A stretch of 15,675 nt of DNA from Octopus sinensis (lineage: Eukaryota). The stretch is from NCBI RefSeq assembly GCF_006345805.1, contig NW_021825382.1:1-15675 (forward strand), given 5' to 3'. Below the pieces are notes generated by a model. That model was not told the origin of the DNA. It was given only the letters and a program-made list of their open reading frames with translations, and searched no databases. Below, one piece after another: positions 1-9,955 of this stretch (the first letter of the stretch is position 1; the number at the start of each line of letters is the position of its first letter). The translations under genes and the position numbers were made by a program.

Positions 1-629
1 GAATTTTGCATATCAATGGAGAACAAATACCGCGGAACCACTTTAAATTTTTTACATAGGAGACGAAATATTGAATTGAAAATTCACCATAAATTAGAAT
101 TTATATAGACTTTGGCATGGCACAATGAAACACATCTTGTTTGCATCCGCAAGAAATATATTAAATATATTCTTAATGTTATTAAATTTACTCTCACTTT
201 ACCACATTCTCTTAAACAACACTACTTCTGCTGATGCAAATTGCATTATTCTATAGGCTGATTTTTTTAGAATTACAGCTTGTCACTTCATACTCCGTGC
301 TTTTTGCAGTTAACTATCCCTGAAAATGCAGTTTCTTACTCTGCTTCAATTCATTATCACAGTCACTCTCTTCTAGCTTATATACAATTCACTCTACAGA
401 TATTTATGCATATCCCTCTCCACCTACATCTACTTGAACCGTGCATAAAATTAAATCGAAGAAAATTATAAGCATGCGTTATTTACACTGCAAAAATAAA
501 CAAACCAGATTGCTCATCTATAAAGTCATGTGATAAGAAAAAAAGAGGGAAGAAAGACAGAGAAAAGAAGGAAAAACAAAGAAAAAAATGGGAAAAAATA
601 AACAAAAACAGACAAAAAGATAAAAAGAA

Positions 630-2265
630 GCAAAATTCACAGCAAAATGCTCTTCTCAGTACGTATGCTGTACCAGTTAAGACGATCTTTAGCACTTCCT
701 ATATGAATGGTAAGCCAGGGATCATCCTCAGATAATTTTGAGTTCTCTTTTTTATCATTCCAAGTGCTACTACAATCACTGGTATTTCAACCGTCTTGAG
801 ATGCCACATTTTTTTGAGTTCAATCAGCAAATCTTCATATTTTCTGAGCTTATCAAATTCTTTTGCCGAGATATTATGATCATAAGGTATGCTTATGTCA
901 ATCAATAAACAGATTTTATTGTTTTGGTCTTTCACAACAATATCTGGTTTATTAGTCCGATCTGTATGCACTGGAAACTCCCAAAGGATCGTTTTATGTT
1001 CCCCGTCAGTCACAGCCTCCAGGGTGGTGCTTGTACCACTTGTCAGGAGTTTTGATTTTATAATACCGACATATCGTCCAAGGTAGATATTTGCCAACTC
1101 TGTCATATCTTGATTTATACTCTACTGGTGCTAAAATCTTACACCCAGAGATTAGGTCGTTCCTTGTTTCAATCTCATCGTTGTCTTATCGGCACTTTGG
1201 GTCTACACCATTTGTATTAGATCGGTTTGGTAGTTCCGGGTCAATAAGTTCTGATTTTCACCAACTAAACTATAGCCTTCACTCTCTTCCTCTAGCCCTG
1301 AGCTCCGTAACCGCTGATGGGTGTGCGTCTAATCTATAGCAGCATATTTGTTACGGGACATATATTTGTCATGCAGAGATTTGTGTTTCCACCTATCAGC
1401 CAATTGTTCAAACTCTTTTTGCTTTGCCATTGATTTCACCTTCTATGCAACGACAGTTGCTGCACTTCCATCACGCTGTTTAATCTGGATATTATGCATG
1501 AACTCACTAGCTCAGTTTTTTCTCTCCTTCATAAAAGTTTGAAGTTTCTTACGTCTCTCGTGGTTTTTGACGAGTTTTAGCATCCAGTCGTTAGATGATT
1601 CAAGATATTTGGCTAGTTCAGTCGAGGTGGTTTTGTAAGACATTTCAAACTGGATCAAGCTTCGACATACTTTGGGCTTGCGGTATTTCGTCTGCCGTTA
1701 CGTTCTGAGTTCAAATTCCGCCCAGGTCGACTTTGCCTTTTATCCTTTCGGAGTCGATAAATTAAGTACCAGTTACGCACAGGGGTCGATGTAATAGACT
1801 TAATCCCTTTGTCCGCCCTTGTTTGTCCCCCTCTATGTTTAGCCCCTTGAGGGCAATAAAGAAATAAGAAGGTAAGAACAATGTGCTTCTGTCTTTGATA
1901 AGAAATTTATGACTAACACATTGTTACATGCATTTAACTCAGATTTTAGGACTGCTCGAACTCACCTGTAACATTCCTTCCTGATCTCTTCTATACTTGC
2001 ATGCTGAATGCCAGAGCCCCCATTCATTCCGAGGTATTTGTAAGTTTGTTCCTGCTCAATTTCTTTTGTAACTGTGTCAACATCTAACACCCCTGAATGT
2101 GAGATCTTCAATTTCCCTTTCTGGAACGTAGCCTTTGCACATTTATCAAGACCAAATTCCATTCAGATGTCATAATTGAATGCTTTCACAGTAAGTAATA
2201 GTCCTTGAAGCTCATTATCGTCTTTGCCATAAAGTTTTAAGACATCCATGTAAAACAGATGGCTT
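630..2265 (-). mobile_element. Decayed R4/Dong-like non-LTR retrotransposon (copy A): 3' part of RT, zinc knuckle and restriction-like endonuclease (RLE); pseudogenised
   Basis: Minus-strand translation gives SHLFYMDVLKLYGKD (YMDD changed to YMDV, ~2220-2264), MEFGLDKCAK...TYKYLG (ORF 1962-2162), RWKHKSLHDKY, PKCR...LISGCKILAPVEYKSRYDRV (~1095-1200), the RLE ILWEFPVHTD..NKPDIVV...LIDISIP...KLRKYEDL (ORF 699-1106) and the terminal KIVLTGTAYVLRR. Multiple stops and frameshifts. Confidence 0.9.
1676..1870 (+). mobile_element. 5'-truncated tRNA-derived SINE monomer inserted in R4-like copy A
   Basis: Near-identical to one unit of the arrays at 9095-9955 and 12534-13117: B-box GAGTTCAAATTCC, core GTCGACTTTGCCTTTTATCCTTTCGGAGTCGATAAATTAAGTACCAG, tail AATAAAGAAATAAG. 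No TSD seen. Confidence 0.9.
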
Positions 2266-3095
2266 TTCCTTGGTCTCCGTCCATAGGAAAGTGGTATCTA
2301 GTCGGTTATGTTGCAGCTTCATATCTGTGTAGATTGACATATTCTACATGAGCTTTACATGATCATTCACTGCAACTGGCAAAAGTTGGTGATCATACCA
2401 TTTGTTGAGATGTTCTAATCCATAAGTCTTGAACATCCTAGTATATGTCCAATGCTCCTTTGTCATAGCGTTTTTGTACTCCCTTTACGCTAGTTTGAGC
2501 ATCCACTATTTATATGTGTAACTGACTCAGATAACATTTCACATAATCTACAGAAAGGTGATACTGTCATGAATGCTACATTTGATTATATTGGTTGGTA
2601 AAGCTTGTTCTTGAGCAGTGAGAAGCAATCCTTCTGTCTCCTTTTTTTAAATAACCATGTCTCAACCCTCTCAGCATTATCTGATGGTTGCTAGAAAAAC
2701 TCTCCATGTAGGGCTTTCTCTTTCCAGTTTTTTTGTCCTCATTTTGTATTCCTGGAGGTTCTCACCATTGTAACTGATCACCTTCACATTCAGTTCCTTC
2801 TTTGTCCATTCCACAACTCTTGCGCATTAACATACCAGGCCTACAATACAAGCGTGGATGCCTCGGATAAAGTTCCTTCCGTTCAGCTTTGATCTACATA
2901 GCTTTTTTTCACTCTTCTGGTATATTGTGAAGAAAATCTTGCCGTCATCGTGGTGTCCCTCATCTGGTCTAATTGTGAATCACCACGATACATTTAAGCC
3001 TCTTCGTTCACTTTCCTTCTATATGCATCATCATCTGGAATTTGCACTCTACAGCTGCCTACTTTTCGTCTTCTCCTCAGTTCAATAAACGCGCA

Positions 3096-3097
<2 letters not shown>
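2266..3097 (-). mobile_element. Second decayed R4/Dong-like LINE (copy B): post-YxDD RT region, CCHC knuckle, start of RLE
   Basis: Minus-strand frameshifted translation: CAFIELRR..., QLDQMRD...YTRRVK KLCRSKLNGRNFIRGIHA, NWKEKALHGEF, ETEGLLLTAQEQALPTN, CRLCEMLSESVTHINSGC, KWYDH...IYTDMKLQHNRLD. Confidence 0.8.
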
Positions 3098-3143
<46 letters not shown>

Positions 3144-3197
3144 CCATTATTATCATCATCATCATCATCATCATCATCTGCAGCAGCATTATTATTA
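3096..3197. repeat. (ATT)n/(ATC)n trinucleotide microsatellite
   Basis: Directly visible; explains the poly-L/poly-S ORF 3042-3236. Confidence 0.95.
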
Positions 3198-3561
3198 CCG
3201 CTTCAATTGTTCAGCTTGGAAGATCTATATCAGTAAGTGTTTTTCGTGATACCTGCAGCCACGAAATATAATATAACATAGAACTAAGAGTGCAAACAGC
3301 AAGATAATTCTCGACGTGAAGGAACACCTGCATACCATTCGTAAATCACGTGTTATATTCCCTATAGGTGGACGAAGATACACATATTTGTATAAGATGT
3401 CAGATGTCACAATTTTCTATCGAATTTAACAGCGGATGGAAGATGTATGCAAGTGCTGAGTTAAGATTTCGTTTTCGTTTTGTAGGATTATAATTTGTAG
3501 GATTATAATTTGCAGATCATTAATGAGTTGTGGCCATAGTCATTATTAAGTCTATTGCAGT

Positions 3562-3726
3562 CATATATATATATAGAGAGAGAGAAACGCATAGATAGAT
3601 AAATAGGTGGATAGACAGATTGATAGATTGATAGATAGATAAATAGATAGACAGATAGATATATACATATATACATACATACATTATTTATATACATATA
3701 TACACAGGTTATATATATGTACATAC

Positions 3727-3771
<45 letters not shown>

Positions 3772-3824
3772 CATTTTATATACATATATATATTACATAG
3801 TGTATATATACACACACACACACT

Positions 3825-3879
<55 letters not shown>

Positions 3880-3914
3880 TATATATATATACACAGATAG
3901 GCAGACAGATAGAC

Positions 3915-3995
<81 letters not shown>

Positions 3996-4062
3996 AGAGA
4001 TAGATAGATAGATATGTGTGCATGTAAGTATGCATGTATGTGTGTACGTATGTATGTATGCA
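3562..4062. repeat. Compound microsatellite (TA)n, (GATA)n, (CA)n, (TATG)n
   Basis: Directly visible; explains the YLSI/IYIY ORFs between 3503 and 4100. Confidence 0.95.
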
Positions 4063-4204
4063 TGTTTGTTGTACTTTTTTGTTTCAAGATTTCTTGCCAA
4101 TATAGGAAGAACCGGTTTCTAATCTAGATTGAAGTCTCCTTCATTGGAATTTCAACATCAACAAGAGGGTATTTTTGTATGTATGTATGCATGTATATGT
4201 GCAG

Positions 4205-5370
4205 ATTCGTATGTTTCGCTGAGAGTGGTGGCAGGCCATGCAGGCAGGCACTAAAGTCACCTTGTGTTCTGACCCACCACTCGTCCCGAACAGTCGGGCA
4301 AAGTGCTGCTGAAAGGCCTCACACATCCTTTCGGGCTCGAGTAATTCACAACCCTGCTCGTCCATCAGAAACTCAATGGTGGCTTTGTTGCCATGTTGCG
4401 CCCCTGACACCCGGGCCTCTCGGGCAGCTGCAATTCCTTCATTTCTTAGGGCACGCATTCTAGCTCTGACAACGTAACCTTCATGTTCGGCGTTGAAATG
4501 TTGGTCAAGGACCAACCTTGCCATTAGCACGTTGGTGGTGATGTCAGTTCTAAGTGTCTCTTCTAATTTCTTAACTAAGTCTCTCTCTGTTCTAATTCGG
4601 TCTATAGCTAAAGCTTTGCTATACCTAATCGATTCTGCTTTGATTACCCTCTTTAGGACAAACCACGATTTATTGTTGACGATGGCCCCCGTCAACGCTC
4701 TCTTAATTAATGTGCTAAACCTGTCTCTGTAAGCTTGTCGCACTGTGAAAGATGCGTTCAGCTTCCAGCAACCTGGGTCTTGCCTATGCTTCTTGTCTAA
4801 GTCGAGCGTACAAGTCACGAATTTGTGATCTGTGTAGCTGGTATCCGGCCGACCTGTTAAGGACGGTGAATGCACTGCTATTAGTAGGAAAGCACAGCCG
4901 TTACCGCCATTGACATCCAAGACGACCAGCATGCCCAGCGGGTCTGGGATTGCTGCCCTTACTTTCAGATCCAGACTCCTTAAAAAAAGCACCGCAGTAC
5001 CACTACCGCCCATTCTCGGCAGACACGAGGGGAAATAGATATTGAATTGTCTGCCGAACATGGGCTAGAGGGTCCGCGTGTTGAAGAGTTTGGTTTCGTT
5101 GATGGCTATGATATCTACATTTTGTGGCTTGATGTTGTTTAACAGGTAATCTTTTTTTCCAAAGCGACCCCAAGCGACGCACATTTATACTACCTATCTT
5201 GAGCATGAATCTGACGAAAGCTGTGTTTCAGACACAAAGCGAAAACAGAAGTGGAGAGAGAGAAAAAGGGAGTCACTTACTGTTTCGAAAGTTGGGGCTT
5301 TTCTCCGTCAGTTTCCACGAGGAGATTTTTATATGATCTTTTTGACATGTTTTTGAACTCTCCTTACTGC
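4205..5370 (-). mobile_element. Tx1/L1-clade LINE fragment: putative ORF1 end and N-terminal ORF2 (AP-endonuclease plus linker), truncated before RT
   Basis: ORF2 begins MLKIGSINVRRLG (ATG at 5206; APE motif I), followed by G(M)LVVLDV...LIAVHSP, TDHKFV (SDH motif), GCWKLNAS and later CEAFQQHFARLF. Frameshifted between ORFs 5003-5206 and 4141-5061. Confidence 0.85.
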
Positions 5371-5397
5371 ATTAGGGTAGAGAGATTTCTTTAGTTT

Positions 5398-5742
5398 ATG
5401 CATATACATGTGTGTGTGTGTGTATGTGTATACATATATGCATACATACTTATGGGTATATGCACATATACACACAATTATACATGCAGAGATTCAGACA
5501 ATTACACATTCAAGTTCCATTAGAGTTTATATAACTTGTAATACTGAGTAATGTGGGAGAGTATATGTGTGTGAATGTATAGAGAGGGGGAAAGAGAGAT
5601 AGAAAGATAGACAGACAGACAGAAAGAGACAGAAAGAGAGATAGAAAGATAGAGATAATGTAAGCAGATTATTAGACGGATGTGTATGTATTTATATAGT
5701 TACATATGTTTCACAAACATATACTCTATATATCTATACATG

Positions 5743-5787
<45 letters not shown>

Positions 5788-5935
5788 GCACATATATAAA
5801 TGTATATATATATATATATATACATATATGTATATACATATACATATACATATATGTGTATATGTGTGTGTGTACATACACATCAATACACACGCACTAA
5901 GAGACTCATAGACATACATACGTATAGACAAATAG
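5398..5935. repeat. Low-complexity compound microsatellite region (TG, GA/GACA, TA, TACA)
   Basis: Directly visible, with short unique stretches interspersed. Confidence 0.9.
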
Positions 5936-6440
5936 ACATCTACAGGAAAGAATGAGCTTCAACGAAATGGTATACATTTCCGTATAATGAAGAATTTTAA
6001 AATTCTTGTCCACTTTACCAACTTATCATACAATCAAACTAAACTAAAACCATGTATACACCCATAGATATATGTGTGCGTATGTATAGTCATGTAAGTA
6101 CCATATAAGTATGTATGCATGTATGTATGTATGTATGTACAATTATAAAACTAAAAGTATGAATTGTTGTAACGGCGACTACATTTATAGGCATATCCGA
6201 CGTTCTTCCTTCTACACAATTGCTGTGATATAATCTAAAGCTCTTTCTTTGATTACTACCAAAATGCTGCCGAGCCATTTTCAGCGTATATTTTGTCATT
6301 TCTTTATTGCTTATATACTTCAATAGCCTTCTTATTTCTTTTTTCCTGAAGATAGTACAGTCTGGTTGTGGATGAGTATTGTCTCTTACACAACTTTAGT
6401 TATAAGTTTAGTTACTACTATTGAAACTTTGAAGATTTCA

Positions 6441-6468
6441 AAATAATAATAATAATAATAATAATAAT
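6441..6468. repeat. (AAT)n microsatellite
   Basis: Directly visible. Confidence 0.95.
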
Positions 6469-6844
6469 TTTCTATGAAAAATCGATATTTTTCTTCACTT
6501 CAGAAGACGTTTTACCAAAGCAAAAATTTACCTTGAAGAGAATTTAACGCGGTTTCAAGTCTATTATGAAATGAAACATAAGACATTTTCGAGATTAAAT
6601 CTTGAACAAATCTCACAAAACACAATTTTCATCCAAAATCTGAATAATTTTTGTCAGAAACACACGAGATTATCATCTTATTGTGGAAATATAATAAAAT
6701 GTTCATGCAAGACTGGCGAGATATCATCGTTTTTTGTCCATGAAGCCATTGAAATCACGCTTGCGTCTCACCGGACTTGATCGAAGAATTGTTAGATTTC
6801 ATTGAAAGGCAGAAAAGATCTGCGCTGGCTTATTATTGTTGGAT

Positions 6845-7110
6845 TTGTCCTTTAGCCCTAGGCAAGTCATGATAGCACAGACATGTGTATGATTATAAAC
6901 ATTCCATCCGTGGCCATCTCGTGTGTTTGTCTGCGACCTTGTTTCGTTGTTGAGTCTCTGGTCAGTGCTGAGAGAATTCATCTAAGAGAAAATGCAATCC
7001 AGCCTTGACCATCTCACCTTTTTTATGTACAGAGAACTCATGAGCACATTATCCACTGTATCAATTTCTCAAAAGGCGATGTGTGATTTGAGGGAGATTT
7101 AGCTGCTATA
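6845..7110 (+). repeat. Old unclassified interspersed repeat, with related diverged pieces at ~8175-8222 and ~8270-8445
   Basis: Shared motifs: TGATTTGAGGGAGATTTAGCTGCTAT (7084) / TGACTTGAGAAAAGTATGGCTGTTAT (8175) / GAGAATTTAGCTGTTAT (8419), and TTTAGCCCTAGGCAAG (6851) / TTTAACCCCAGCCAG (8273). Confidence 0.5.
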
Positions 7111-7112
7111 AG

Positions 7113-7359
7113 AGAAGCAGTGTGGTAATTAGGTTGCTTACCAACCACATGGTTCCGGGTTCAGTCCCACTGCGTGGCACCTTGGGCAAGTGTCTTCTAC
7201 TATACCCTCGAGCCGACCAAATCCTTGTGAGTGGATTTGGTAGACGGAAACTGAAAGAAGCCCGTCGTATATATGTGTATATATATGTGTGTGTGTGTGT
7301 GTGTGCGTGTGTGTGTGTGTGTGCGCGTGTGTGTATGTGTGTGTGTCTGTGTGTGTCTA

Positions 7360-7391
<32 letters not shown>

Positions 7392-7605
7392 TGTTTATGT
7401 ATCTGTGTTCGTCCCCCCAACATCGCTTGACAACCGATGCTGGTGTGTTTACATCCCCGTAACTTAGCGGTTCGGCAAAAGAGACCGCTAGAATAATTAC
7501 TAGGCTGACAAAGAATAAGTTCTGGGGTTGATTACCTCGACTAAATGATGGTGCTCTAGCATAGCCGCAGTCATATGACTGAAACAATTAAAAGAGTAAA
7601 TGAGT
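7113..7605 (+). mobile_element. tRNA-derived CORE-type SINE with an internal (TA)/(TG)n microsatellite
   Basis: tRNA-like head (TGTGGT...GGTTCCGGGTTCAGTCCC, B-box-like), CORE-like GGCACCTTGGGCAAGTGTCTT, (TG)n at ~7268-7400, then a unique 3' body ending in TGACTGAAACAATTAAAAGAGT. Confidence 0.8.
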
Positions 7606-7609
7606 GAGC

Positions 7610-7880
7610 TGTTATTGTCGTTGTTGTTGGCGGTGGTGGTGGTGACAATGATGGCAGTGGTAATAGTGGTGATGATAGTTGTGGTAATGTAGGTAGTTTG
7701 ATGATGGTACTGCCCCTGCTGCAGCTGCTGTCAGTTGTGGTTGTGGTAGTAGTGGTTGTGGATGGGGTGTTTATGATGGCGGTAGTTGTAATGGTGGCAG
7801 TGAAGAAGATATTTGTGGTTGTGGTGGTAGTACCGGTAGTGGTGGTGGTGGTGTGGCAATGATGGTGGGGGTAGTTGTTA
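7610..7880. repeat. Degenerate (GGT/GTT/GAT/AGT)n trinucleotide repeat
   Basis: Directly visible. Confidence 0.9.
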
Positions 7881-7899
7881 AGTTCACGACGTGTCTACG

Positions 7900-8170
7900 A
7901 GATCAGAAGTTCGATTCCACCCCATAGTTATCACCTTGGGACAATACATGTTTATGAGGGAAATTTAGTTAGACGGATACTGTAGAGAATCCCATTGAGT
8001 TGATTGTATCTGTAATTTGAAAACGTGGAGCCTTGTCACACCCACTACGACACATGGATGCTGTCCGTAAATTACAGGATACAGCTATCTGCGGGATACT
8101 CAGCCATTTACATGCTAATTCAATAAGCATGTGGTTCGATAAATCAAACAATTGAATCCACTATCGCTGG
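7900..8170 (+). mobile_element. Old diverged SINE copy related to 10593-10976
   Basis: B-box AGTTCGATTCC (7908). GTATCTGTAATTTGAAA..GCCTTGTCACA...CTCAGCCATTTACATGCTAATT aligns with the reverse complement of ~10660-10782. Confidence 0.7.
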
Positions 8171-8534
8171 CGTATGACTTGAGAAAAGTATGGCTGTTAT
8201 TTGAAACAGAACTTGTGACCACCGGTTTCATAGTCACGGATGATGATACTGTTGTTGCTTTCGTAGTTGTTGTTTAACCCCAGCCAGCCGCATTCAGGAA
8301 AATCAATGGTAAATTGTGTTTCTAGTTGTGATCATCCGGGTTTGTATTCAGACACAGTATGATTATGGTTGATGTATTCAGTGGGTCGTTTTCTCTTTTT
8401 TGCAAGACTCAGAATGCTGAGAATTTAGCTGTTATTCCTAGTAATAAGTTAATGTCATTTTCTATAGTCACGGGGCAACCAATATCTTGTAAGTGAAATT
8501 GGTTGCGCGTAAATTATATGGAAATCGAATGGAT

Positions 8535-8695
8535 TATACCAGTAATTTGAAAGGGCCATCTTTGTCACACCCTATGTTACGCAGATTCTACCTGAGATGT
8601 ATTTAAAGGATACAGGTGTTGTGCCATGCACAGCCACTTATACGATACTTCAGGATCAGGTCAACCACTTGATCAAATAACCGCATTATCAAATG
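8535..8695 (+). mobile_element. Old diverged 3' fragment of the same SINE family as 10593-10976
   Basis: TACCAGTAATTTGAAAGGGCCATCTTTGTCACA...CAGCCACTTATACG matches TACCTGTATTTCAAGGGGCCAGCCTTGTCAC...CAGCCACTTACACG. Confidence 0.7.
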
Positions 8696-9043
8696 AGGGA
8701 GATCCACCACATTGTATGTTTGACTTTAATATAGCCTATTACAGTTATTCCAGTTACTGTCACATTCGGGATCAGGAGTCGGCAACTTAGCCAATATTGA
8801 CTCCTGGGTTTCTGTGTGGCAATGCAAGGTGTCGAAAACACAACTGGAACTATTTGAAACATTATGGATATAAAATTATTAGCGAGCTGTATTTATATTT
8901 TTCAAAATTAATACGATTCGATTTTAAAAGTTCATCTGAAATATATGGAAATTCAAAAGGCCGTAGTAAATATTACGTCGATTGCATACAACTAGAAAGC
9001 ATATAACACCAATCACTGATTACACGGCCAATTAATGACAAGC

Positions 9044-9955
9044 ACAAAGTGGCGAGCTGGCAGAGTCGTTAGCACGCCGGGCGAAATGCTTACCGGTATT
9101 TCGTCCGCCGCTAGGTTCTGAGTTCAAATTCCGCCGAGGTCGACTTTGCCTTTCATCCTTTCGGGGTCGATAAATTAAGTACCAGTTACACACCCGTGTC
9201 GATGTAATCGACTTAATCTGTTTGTCCTCTCTGAGTTTAGCCCCTTGTGGGTAATAAAAAAATAGGCATTTTGTCTGCCGCTACGTTCTGAGTTCAAATT
9301 AAGTACCAGTTACGCACTGGGGTCGATATAAACGATTTAATCTGTTTGTCTGTCCTTGTTTGTCCTCTCTGAGTTTAGCCCCTTGTGGGTAGTAAAGAAA
9401 TAGGTATTTCCTATGTATTTACGTTCTGAGTTCAAATTCCGCCGAGGTCGACTTTGCCTTTCATCCTTTCGGGGTCGAATAATTAAGTACTAGTTACGCA
9501 GTGGGGTCGATATGATCGACTTAATCCGTTTGTCTATACTTAATCCGTTTGTCTATAATCGACTTAATCCGTTTGTCTTCTCTGTGTTTAGCTCCTTGTG
9601 GGTAGTAAAGAAATAGAAATAGGTATTTCGTCTGCCGCTACTTTCTGAGTTCAAATTCCGTCGAGGCCGACTTTGCCTTCCATCCTTTCGGGGTCTATTA
9701 AATAAGTACCAGTTACACACTGGGGTCGATATGATCGACTTAATCCGTTGTCCCCTCTGTGTTTAGCCCCTTGTGGGTAGTAAAGAAATAGGTGTTTCGT
9801 CTGTCTTTTCGTTCTGAGTTCAAATTCTGCCGAGATCAACTTTGCCTTTCATCCTTTCGGGGTCGATAAATTAAGTACCCGTTGCGTACTAGGGTCGATC
9901 TAATCGACTAGCAACCTCCCCCAAAATTTCGGGCCTTGTGCCTAGAGTAGAAAAG
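9044..9955 (+). mobile_element. Pentameric tRNA-derived SINE: one head plus 5 tandem core units (starting at 9095, 9265, 9403, 9622, 9791)
   Basis: A-box-like head GGCGAGCTGGCAGAGTCGTTAG, B-box GAGTTCAAAT in each unit, and a 14-bp TSD AATTAATGACAAGC at 9030-9043 and 9956-9969. Confidence 0.92.

Noticed and set aside
2858-3095. Plus-strand LINE 3' end with AATAAA and an (ATT)n tail
   Set aside because: The minus strand translates to clear R4-like RT sequence (KLCRSKLNGRNFIRGI), which explains the region better.
3200-3480. Possible host exon in unique sequence (also 1-480, 11760-11870 and 13270-13390)
   Set aside because: No recognisable protein similarity or convincing splice-site pair by eye. 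It cannot be excluded without RNA-seq.
4066-4176. Minus-strand CCAATGA...GAAACCGGTT with a palindromic stem III-like segment
   Set aside because: Two mismatches in the CUGAUGA core and no convincing stem I. It is probably a short interspersed repeat, but I cannot support a ribozyme call.
5207-5290. Plus-strand CTGACGA...hairpin...GCGAAA resembling a hammerhead core
   Set aside because: No stem I partner, no closing pair directly after the core, and only a poor cleavage triplet. It lies antisense in the Tx1 inter-ORF region.
9095-9955. Tandem units as a CRISPR array or tRNA gene cluster
   Set aside because: Units are ~140-220 bp with no unique spacers, no cas genes and no full cloverleaf. 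The TSD and tail identify a SINE.
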